Shown here: piece by piece, positions 1 through 7,416 of the stretch
Position numbering within the stretch: position 1 is the first letter of the stretch
How the letters are laid out: each line of letters begins with the position of its first letter
Assembly: GCA_965204725.1 (NCBI GenBank)
Contig: OZ242005.1
Coordinates: 864,001 to 928,000 of the forward strand
DNA from: Candidatus Latescibacterota bacterium
GTDB lineage: Bacteria; Latescibacterota; UBA2968; UBA8231
Reading direction: 5' to 3'
DNA: 64,000 bases
Made by a program: the position numbers and the translations under genes
Notes under the pieces: generated by a model
The model's input: only the letters and a program-made list of their open reading frames with translations
What the model was told of the DNA's origin: nothing
Databases searched by the model: none

Positions 1-83
1 GAAGCCACGCGAAGAAAGCAAAAGTCGGCTCATCACGCAGAACCGATGACTCCTATCGGCTGCGAGAAAAACGCCTCTCTCAC

Positions 84-331
84 ATGACCCCTAATCCCGA
101 ACTGCTCAAGCGCATCACCGCCCGGACGTCTTTGGCGGCAAGCCCATCATTCGCAACATGCGAATTTCGGTAGAACTCATCCTGAGCCTGATGACACAGG
201 GCGTGACGACAAAGGCCATTCTGGAGGATTACCCCGAACTGGAACCAGACGACATCCGCGCCTGTACGGCCTACGCCCACGCAGTTATCGCCAAAGATAC
301 ACTGGCCGCCGTAGCGATTGCGGATTCGTGA
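84..331 (+). pseudogene. DUF433-family antitoxin, frameshifted copy
   Basis: Near-identical at DNA level to 2610..2852 but lacks 4 bp (atcaccgcccggacgtc vs atcaccgcccgcccggaagtc), which breaks the frame; followed by gtgagattccta (MRFL.., possible start of a lost PIN toxin). Confidence 0.8.
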
Positions 332-376
332 GATTCCTACGTAGAGCAGAGCCGCCAACACAAAAAAGGGAACTTC

Positions 377-556
377 ATGGACCAAATCACAATCAAAAAC
401 TTTCGCTGCTTCCGCGACAAACAGACCGCCCGTTTAGCACCACTGACGCTACTTGTCGGGGAGAATAGCACCGGCAAGACCTCGTTCATGGCCCTGATCC
501 GGGCACTTTGTATGGAACGGTCTATTTGGAAGAGACGGAAGGCTAAAGGGAGTTGA
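377..556 (+). pseudogene. AAA/ABC-type ATPase N-terminal fragment
   Basis: Manual translation MDQITIKNFRCFRDKQTARLAPLTLLVGENSTGKTSFMALIRAL.. contains a Walker A (GENSTGKT) but stops after 59 aa. Confidence 0.75.
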
Positions 557-559
557 GCC

Positions 560-754
560 ATGTGTGCAATTGTCGATGCGAATGTAGCCAATGAAGTTTT
601 CGGTCCCTGTAAATCTGAGGCAGGAAAGAAATTCTATGATTGGATCAACGCAGCAACGGGGCGTTTGGTAGTCGGCGGCAAGTTGCTTGCAGAACTCAAA
701 GAAGGTTCGCCAAAATTCAGAATCGACGCTATGCTCCTAGCAGGGCCGAGGTGA
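560..754 (+). pseudogene. PIN-like fragment fused to a short C-terminal remnant (IDAMLLAGPR)
   Basis: Starts MCAIVDANV (PIN-type first strand with Asp); only 64 aa; last 33 nt resemble 2551..2584. Confidence 0.5.
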
Positions 755-776
755 ATACGACCATTGGAGGAAAAGT

Positions 777-1655
777 ATGCTGATACGACACAGGATAATT
801 TTGGCTCTCCTCAGACGGATGCCGGAGCCGATCACGAGAATGTTCTTTGTGAAATTGGTCTTCCTATTGCGTCACGAGACGGCCCTAAAGAATGTAGCCA
901 GCTTCTATGACTTCGTGCCGTACAAATACGGTCCTTTTTCCTTTACTCTGTACCGGGATTTAGAACTTCTCCGCCAAGGTGGGTACGCAACCATCGAAGA
1001 CGAGATCGCGCTCTGCGAGCACACTGTCAACCAAACACAGATAGAGATCGAAAAACTATCCGATCCGATGGCATCAGCAGTAAGCGACATTGTGGACCGA
1101 TACGGCGCACTGAGCCAAAATGCCTTGATAAAAAACATGTACGCTAGATACCCATGGTTCGCACTCAACAGTGAACTTCCTGAGCGCAATCTGGTTTCGA
1201 CGCAACGTCCTAGAAGGGCTAAACCAGCCGTGTACACGGCTGGGTACGAGGGAAAATCGGTAGATGCTTTTTTCAATGCTCTCTTATTGCACGGCATTGA
1301 TGCACTTATCGATGTAAGGGCGAATCCTTCCTCCCGGAAATATGGATTTTCCAAGCGGCGACTGAGTCAGTTATGCGGCCGGTTGGATATTGAGTACCGC
1401 CACATGCCGAATTTGGGAGTGCCTAGCAGTGCCCGGACCAGTTTGGGAAGTTACGCCTCGTATCAACGCCTTCTGAGTTGGTACGAATGCTCAATGCTGC
1501 CCCAGCATGGTGCCGCAGTAGAAGAACTCGGCTGCCTCATGGGCCAGAAGCCATCCGTCCTTGTATGCGTAGAAGCAGACATCGAGTGTTGTCACCGAAG
1601 CAGGCTGGCCAAAGCCGTGGCGGACTCTACTGGCCTGGAGGTCGTGCATCTATGA
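777..1655 (+). CDS. DUF488-family protein with N-terminal SocA/Panacea(DUF4065)-like domain
   Basis: C-half has YTAGYEG..LIDVRANPSSRKYGFSK..LVCVEADIECCHRS (DUF488 signature); N-half has KLVFLL..YDFVPYKYGPFS; GGAGG RBS upstream. Confidence 0.8.
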   Translation: MLIRHRIILALLRRMPEPITRMFFVKLVFLLRHETALKNVASFYDFVPYKYGPFSFTLYRDLELLRQGGYATIEDEIALCEHTVNQTQIEIEKLSDPMASAVSDIVDRYGALSQNALIKNMYARYPWFALNSELPERNLVSTQRPRRAKPAVYTAGYEGKSVDAFFNALLLHGIDALIDVRANPSSRKYGFSKRRLSQLCGRLDIEYRHMPNLGVPSSARTSLGSYASYQRLLSWYECSMLPQHGAAVEELGCLMGQKPSVLVCVEADIECCHRSRLAKAVADSTGLEVVHL

Positions 1656-2479
1656 AGGGCCTCACTGATAAGCAGATGCTCAAGGTATTGATCACGGTCA
1701 AAACCTATCCGATCCCCTCCTCAAAGTACGACGAACTGGTTTGCACGGCCGGAGTGACGGAGACTGGGGATTTCGTGCGCCTCTATCCAATCAACTTTCG
1801 CGATCTGCCGTACAGCCGGCAGTACAAAAAGTATCAGTGGATAACAGTCACGGCTGAGCCACATGGCACAAGTGACGTACGAAAGGAAAGCTACCGCCCG
1901 GATAGTGACTCGATACAACTCGGTGAGATAGTCAAGAGTAACCCAGGAAATTGGCAGGAGCGTGCCCGCTATGCTTTGGCGAAAAAGGCCTGCTCCATTG
2001 AAGATCTGCGAGAAAGGCAAGAGGACAACGGCACCTCTCTGGGCGTTTTCAAGCCAAAGATCGTGCGTGACCTTGTCTTTTCGCCTGACGAGACCGACTG
2101 GAAGCCTCAGTTCAAGGCAGCACTGCAACAAGCTAGGCTATGGGAGACGCGCACGGTTAGTCTGAGAGAACCACCTCGTAAGGTGCCTTTTAAGTTTCAG
2201 TACCAATTTGAATGCGATGACTCACGGTGCAATGGGCACCAAATGATGATCGAGGACTGGGAGGTAGGAGCACTATTTTGGAAGCTCGTGGATAAGGGAA
2301 CCGATCACGAGGATGCAGCAACCCAGGTGCGGAAGAAGTTTTTGGACGATCTTTGCGGGCCTGACAAGGATACGCACTTCTTCGTGGGAACAATCCTCGC
2401 TTACCCCAAAAGCTGGGTCGTGATCGGCGTTTTTTACCCGAAAGTCGATCAACCAAAGCCACCAAGCCTTTTTGATTAA
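1652..2479 (+). CDS. Conserved hypothetical protein, DUF488 partner
   Basis: ATGA overlap with the DUF488 stop places the start at 1652; motif ITVKTYPIPSSKYDELVCTAG..VRLYPI; 275 aa. Confidence 0.75.
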   Translation: MKGLTDKQMLKVLITVKTYPIPSSKYDELVCTAGVTETGDFVRLYPINFRDLPYSRQYKKYQWITVTAEPHGTSDVRKESYRPDSDSIQLGEIVKSNPGNWQERARYALAKKACSIEDLRERQEDNGTSLGVFKPKIVRDLVFSPDETDWKPQFKAALQQARLWETRTVSLREPPRKVPFKFQYQFECDDSRCNGHQMMIEDWEVGALFWKLVDKGTDHEDAATQVRKKFLDDLCGPDKDTHFFVGTILAYPKSWVVIGVFYPKVDQPKPPSLFD

Positions 2480-2501
2480 AGTACCAATGAACATACCAAT
2501 G

Positions 2502-2584
2502 CTCCGCCTTGCCAACGCCCTATCCTCCCTCTACCCTCAAGGCTGCAACTCTCGACGCCATGCTGCCTAGCGGTGCCGAGGTAG
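2502..2584 (+). pseudogene. 3'-end remnant, probably of a DUF1156-type adenine methyltransferase
   Basis: Reads LRLANALSSLYPQG..LDAML(+1)LAVPR*; the last ~33 nt repeat 722..754. Assignment to DUF1156 is from recall of C-termini in DUF499 operons. Confidence 0.5.
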
Positions 2585-2609
2585 CCGGACGTAACCTACG
2601 GAGAGAGAC

Positions 2610-2852
2610 ATGACCCCTAATCCCGAACTGCTCAAGCTCATCACCGCCCGCCCGGAAGTCTTTGGCGGCAAGCCCATCATTCGCGACATGCGAATTTCAG
2701 TAGAACTCATCCTGAGCCTGATGACACAGGGCGTGACGACAAAGGCCATTCTGGAGGATTACCCCGAACTGGAACCAGACGACATCCGCGCCTGTACGGC
2801 CTACGCCCACGCAGTTATCGCTAAAGATACACTGGCCACCGTAAGGAGGTGA
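2610..2852 (+). CDS. DUF433-family antitoxin
   Basis: ITARPEVFGGKPIIRDMRISVELIL..ILEDYPELEPDDIRACTAYA is the DUF433 pattern. Confidence 0.9.
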   Translation: MTPNPELLKLITARPEVFGGKPIIRDMRISVELILSLMTQGVTTKAILEDYPELEPDDIRACTAYAHAVIAKDTLATVRR

Positions 2853-2856
2853 CAGC

Positions 2857-3822
2857 ATGGCACTCTATGGAAACGACCACGCAATATGGCAAGTATCTGC
2901 CGGCCCTACTAATCGATCCTACGCCAATAAGTTCCTGAAGTACGACGTAGCACTGATTGGTCCCGGAAATTCGGGACAGTGGCGTCCTGACCGATCCGAC
3001 GAGGAATTTGCAGGTAGGTTTGTTCGGTATTTTGCCGACCAGCTATGCAGTGGCGATGTGCTACTGCTTCGGACGGGTCAAAAGACCATACGGGCGGTCG
3101 GCTTGGTTACAGGAAAGTACCAGTACCTGCCGCAGTTTGACGACGTAAATGGCTGGGACTTGCAACATGGGCGGCGCGTACGCTGGTGTCCGCTTCCCGA
3201 GCCGTACGATTTTGGCAGACCAGTTTTTGGCGCGAACCCGCCTCGAATATCGCGTGTTCATGTGGAAGACGTCGTGGATTATGCAAATCGTTTTGTTCAA
3301 TCAGAACCCACGGATTGGCAAACTAAGGCTTTGCCAAGGTTGCCTAAGAAGGGAGCGGAACTCAAAGCACCACCACCGGAATTGCAGGAGATTGTCACTC
3401 AAGTCCATGACTTTTTAGATTTGTATTGGAATGAGGACAACTTCGGGACGCCACCAGTGGAGGATGAGTTAGTCGCGCACTACGTCGTTCCTTTCCTGCG
3501 CGCCCTAGGATGGCCCGTTGAGAGAATTGCGGTGAAATGGCGCGATATAGACCTGTGTGTGTTCTCCGCGCTGCCGAGAAAACCAGAGCATTGCCACTAC
3601 TTGATTGAGGCCAAACGATTGGGTGCAGGCGTTGAAGGTGCGCTTGAGCAGGCAAGAGGCTATGTCTCAGCCCTCGGCGTACCGTGTGACGTGGTCGTTA
3701 CCGATGGCATCCGCTACCGGATGTATGAGGCCAGTAAGAATTTCGAGCCCGTCGCCTACGCGAATCTGGCGCGTCTAAAGCAATCGTCCTTAGAATTATT
3801 CGCACGTATGCGCAGACCGTAA
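2857..3822 (+). CDS. Putative restriction endonuclease: EVE/PUA-like N-domain + HsdR_N-like PD-(D/E)XK nuclease
   Basis: N-part GDVLLLRTGQKTIRAVGLVTGKY; C-part PFLRALGW..DIDL..IEAKRLG..ALEQARGY..VVTDGIRY; AGGAGG RBS. Confidence 0.65.
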   Translation: MALYGNDHAIWQVSAGPTNRSYANKFLKYDVALIGPGNSGQWRPDRSDEEFAGRFVRYFADQLCSGDVLLLRTGQKTIRAVGLVTGKYQYLPQFDDVNGWDLQHGRRVRWCPLPEPYDFGRPVFGANPPRISRVHVEDVVDYANRFVQSEPTDWQTKALPRLPKKGAELKAPPPELQEIVTQVHDFLDLYWNEDNFGTPPVEDELVAHYVVPFLRALGWPVERIAVKWRDIDLCVFSALPRKPEHCHYLIEAKRLGAGVEGALEQARGYVSALGVPCDVVVTDGIRYRMYEASKNFEPVAYANLARLKQSSLELFARMRRP

Positions 3823-3835
3823 CCAGAGAAAAAAC

Positions 3836-3908
3836 GTGGCCCCTTGGCACAAAATCGTAATGCTCCGCAAGGAAGTGAGCGAAGGCCGCTCTTTAGCACG
3901 GGCGAGCG
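3836..3908 (+). repeat. Degenerate copy of the 5' end of the DUF499 gene
   Basis: gtggcccccttggcacaaaatcgtaatgctccgcaaggaagtgagcgaaggccgctctttagc aligns by eye with 5280.. atggccctcaacccttggtacaaaatcgtaacgcttcgcaaggaagtgcgcgaaggccgctcgtttagc. Confidence 0.85.
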
Positions 3909-3960
3909 GTGAGATGCCTCATTGGCAGACGAGCCGGTCTCCGCGCAGGGAGGATATTCG

Positions 3961-5139
3961 ATGAGCAAAACAGCCTCCATAGATTATATCCGCATCCAGG
4001 GCTTCCGATCCTTGAAGGATGTCGAGCTTGCGGGAATTCCCAAGGCAGCGGTTCTAATCGGAGCCAACGGCTCAGGCAAGTCCAACTTTATTCGCTTCTT
4101 TGAAATGATGAACTGGATGCTTGAGCATCGCAGGCTCGCTGAGTTCATCGGTAGCCGAGGAGGGGCCGATGACCAATTACATGGCGGCAGCCGACGGACG
4201 TCACACATAGAGGCCGAAGTTAGATTGCACATCGATGAGGGCTATGGCGACTATAGGTTCATGCTTTCCCGTGCTCAGCCCGACCGTTTCATATTCGCGG
4301 ATGAAGCATTCCGATTTATCTATCCCAACGATTCCCATGGCGAGACAGATTGGTATCCTCTCGGAAGTGGCCATTCGGAAGCAAAGATAGTCGATGCCGT
4401 ACAACTCTTCTCACCTTCGGCTAGCTCATTCCCTGCCACCCTCGCCACCCTCGATTGGCTCGAAGCCAATCCGCTTACTGCCGAGCGCATTATCAATCGA
4501 CTGCGGAAGTGTTCGATATATCAATTTCACGATACATCCGACGAGTCGAATTTCAAAAAGAGATGGGATGCTGAGGACAACAATGACCTTCTTAACCACG
4601 GGGGCAACTTGGCCGCCGTGCTACTCAGGTTGGAGCGGGAAGACATCAAGCGATACGAGAGAATCTGCCAGCACATCAGCCGAGTCTTGCCGCTCTTCGA
4701 CCGTTTTCAGGTCGAGGAGAGCTACGGAAAAGTATTGCTGAGATGGAAAGCCAAGTGGACGGACAAGACCTTCGGCGCACACCTCACGTCCGATGGCTCG
4801 CTGCGGTTCTTTGCCTTGGTGACACTACTCAATCTACCGCCGGAGATGTTGCCCGATGTCCTCTTGTTGGACGAACCGGAACTGGGCCTGCATCCGGCCG
4901 CCATCGCTTTAATCGGGGGTATGATAAAGTCCCTCGCCGAGGAAAGGCAGGTCATTGTGGCAACGCAATCGCCCTTGCTAGTTGATGCGTTTGGTCTCGA
5001 CGAGATTTTCGTGTTAGAGCTACGGGACGGTCGCACTGAAGTTCGCAAACACGCCCCGGATGACTATCAGGTGTGGCTCGACGACAACTTCACATCGGGT
5101 GAGCTTTGGCAGAAGAACCTGCTCGGAGGACGCCCATGA
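3961..5139 (+). CDS. AAA_21/SMC-like ABC-type ATPase
   Basis: Walker A GANGSGKS, signature SDGSLRF, Walker B LLLDEPELGLHP, ATQSP; GGAGG precedes ATG at 3961. Confidence 0.9.
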   Translation: MSKTASIDYIRIQGFRSLKDVELAGIPKAAVLIGANGSGKSNFIRFFEMMNWMLEHRRLAEFIGSRGGADDQLHGGSRRTSHIEAEVRLHIDEGYGDYRFMLSRAQPDRFIFADEAFRFIYPNDSHGETDWYPLGSGHSEAKIVDAVQLFSPSASSFPATLATLDWLEANPLTAERIINRLRKCSIYQFHDTSDESNFKKRWDAEDNNDLLNHGGNLAAVLLRLEREDIKRYERICQHISRVLPLFDRFQVEESYGKVLLRWKAKWTDKTFGAHLTSDGSLRFFALVTLLNLPPEMLPDVLLLDEPELGLHPAAIALIGGMIKSLAEERQVIVATQSPLLVDAFGLDEIFVLELRDGRTEVRKHAPDDYQVWLDDNFTSGELWQKNLLGGRP

Positions 5140-5249
5140 TCCGAGTTGACGGCCCCCTTTTAGCAATGGAGATAGGCTTAGCCAAAATTCGCGCTAAATG
5201 TCCTCGGTTCGATGGCTGGGTAACGAGCTTGGAGTCGCTGGGGAGCTGA
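5136..5249 (+). pseudogene. DUF4276-like gene with large in-frame internal deletion
   Basis: MIRV|DGPLLAMEIGLAKIRAKCPRFDGWVTSLESLGS*: ATGA-coupled to the ATPase; keeps only the first residues and the CPRFxxW C-terminus typical of the DUF4276 partner. Confidence 0.65.
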
Positions 5250-5279
5250 GATTAAACTGCCGCATAGGAGAGATACAGC

Positions 5280-6614
5280 ATGGCCCTCAACCCTTGGTAC
5301 AAAATCGTAACGCTTCGCAAGGAAGTGCGCGAAGGCCGCTCGTTTAGCCCGGACGAGTTCGCCATCGCCCTTGAGCAGATCGTAGCCCAAACCGCCCCGG
5401 CCGATTATCGCGAGCCAGCGCAATTCTTCTCACGCACCTGCTTCACCCGCGCCCTAAAGGAACACGCCGGCATGGTCCTCCGGCGACTTTCCGGCAAGAC
5501 CGAGAACACAGCACCCGTCCTCACGCTCGTCACCCAATTCGGCGGCGGCAAGATGCACACCCTCGCTTCCCTCTACCATATCGCCAATGCCGGCGCGGAG
5601 GCCGCCCAGTTCCTCGGGGTGGCAGACCTCCTAAACGAGGCGGGGATCGCAAAAGCTCCGCCCGCTCGCGTCGGCGTCTTCGTCGGCAACGCCTGGGACC
5701 CGGCCGAGGGTCGAGAGACGCCTTGGATCGAACTAGCGCGTCAACTGGCGGGCGATAAGGGCGTGGCCGCGCTCGGTACTGCCGCGAAAACCACACCCCC
5801 GGGAACCGAGGCGCTGGCCAACGTATTCGCCGCTGCGGACGCGCCCGTGCTGCTGTTGTTCGATGAAGTCCTAAACTTCGTCAACCGCCATCGCGACCTA
5901 GCCGAGCCTTTCCACGCCTTCCTGCAAAATCTGACCGTCGCGGTCACCGGCACCACGCGGGCCGCCGCGGTCATCAGTCTGCCGCGCAGCCAAGTTGAAA
6001 TGACCGATTGGGATCAGCAGTGGCAAGACCGAATCACCAAGGTGGTGCGCCGCGTCGCTCGCGATCTAATTGCCAACGACGAATCCGAAATTAGCGAAGT
6101 GGTGCGCCGGCGGCTGTTTGAAGACCTCGGCAACGAGCGCGTTCGCAAGCGCGTCGCCAAGACGTACGCGGACTGGTGCTTTGAACGCACCGCCCGCTTA
6201 CCGGCCGAGTGGCTGGCGGTCGATACCGCGACGACTGAGGCCAAGGCAAGGGAATTTTTGCGGGACCGCTTCGCAACGTGCTATCCCTTTCATCCGGCGA
6301 CCCTCTCGGTCTTTCAGCGCAAGTGGCGCGCACTCACTCAGTTCCAGCAAACCCGAGGGGCGCTGGCCATGCTAGCGCAATGGATTTCTTGGGCCGCCCG
6401 CGAGCAATTCACAAAGGCGCGCACCGAGCCGCTGATTACGCTGGGATCGGCGCCATTAGACGTGTCCGAGTTCCGCGCTGTGGTTTTGGGCCAGTTGGGC
6501 GAGTCGCGGCTCGACGTGGCGATTGACTCCGATCTCGACCTTGAGGATCAGGTACGCGTCGAACGATCGCAGCCCCCTCGGGCTACCCTTCCTCCCGCGC
6601 CACCTTCCCCTTGA
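5280..6614 (+). pseudogene. DUF499 AAA+ ATPase, truncated
   Basis: PWYKIV..DEFAIAL..TQFGGGKMH (Walker A Thr->Met), LLLFDEV, YPFHP, FQQTRG; much shorter than typical DUF499 proteins and runs into the convergent SDR. Confidence 0.8.
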
Positions 6615-7416
6615 CAATTCGCTCGGCCAGCGGCGGCCACAAGGCGTGAATCACCGCCAGCAGCCTGAGCCGTCTAGGCACATACAGCCGCTGCTGTCGC
6701 TTCTGCATCCCGCGCACAATGGCCTGCGCCGCGGCCTCCAAGCTCACCGCGTCCGCCCGGTGTTTGCGCGATGCAGCACCCAACGCCTTCCCGTCCTTCC
6801 CCAAGGCGCGTTGCCGTAGATCGGTCCCCTTGAGCCAGTGCAAGAGCACGGTCATCACCCCCACCCCGCTAGCGGCCACCTCCATCCGCAACGCGTCGCA
6901 AAACCCCTGCAGCGCGTGTTTGGACGCCGAATACCCCGTGTGCAGCGGCACCCCCACCTGCCCCTGAATGGACGAAATAGCCACGAATAGGCCCTTGCTT
7001 TTTTTGAGATGCGGCAGCGCCGGATGCACGCAGTACACAGCCCCCAAGTAATTCACCTCCATCAGGGTGCGGAACAAGGCCACCTCCTCGATCGCGGCAA
7101 ACGCGGTCCACATGCTGAGGCCGGCGTTGGCGACCAAGTAGTCTATGCGGCCAAAGTGCTCGATCGCGGCCTCAACCAGCCGCTTGCCAGCCTCGGCCAA
7201 GGAGACATCCCCGACGACGGTCACCACCTCGCTCCCCAACTGCTCGCACGCTCGGGCGACGGCCTCTAGCCGCTCGGCATCGCGCGCCAAAATAACCAGC
7301 CGCGCTCCCTGCTGGGCGCATTCCAACGCCAGCGCCGCGCCCAAGCCGGTAGAAGCCCCGGTAATGACGACCGTCTTATTGCTCAGGCTTTTCGCCCGCC
7401 CGGCCAAAAATCCCAT
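6583..7416 (-). CDS. SDR oxidoreductase, DHRS7/DHRS7B-like
   Basis: TGASTGLG Rossmann motif, ANAG, SSIQG, YSASKHA (YxxxK). Start uncertain (7416 ATG or 7428 TTG). Confidence 0.9.
   Translation of the reverse strand: MGFLAGRAKSLSNKTVVITGASTGLGAALALECAQQGARLVILARDAERLEAVARACEQLGSEVVTVVGDVSLAEAGKRLVEAAIEHFGRIDYLVANAGLSMWTAFAAIEEVALFRTLMEVNYLGAVYCVHPALPHLKKSKGLFVAISSIQGQVGVPLHTGYSASKHALQGFCDALRMEVAASGVGVMTVLLHWLKGTDLRQRALGKDGKALGAASRKHRADAVSLEAAAQAIVRGMQKRQQRLYVPRRLRLLAVIHALWPPLAERIVKGKVAREEG

Noticed and set aside
1478-1651. N-terminal extensions in the ORF track (also 20032..20217, 23099..23290, 40208..40597, 58044..58085)
   Set aside because: They overlap upstream genes or repeats; downstream ATGs with coupling or signal peptides are better starts.
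5280-6614. Functional BREX-like/DUF499 system
   Set aside because: The ATPase is truncated with an altered Walker A, and no intact methylase or helicase partner is in the window.
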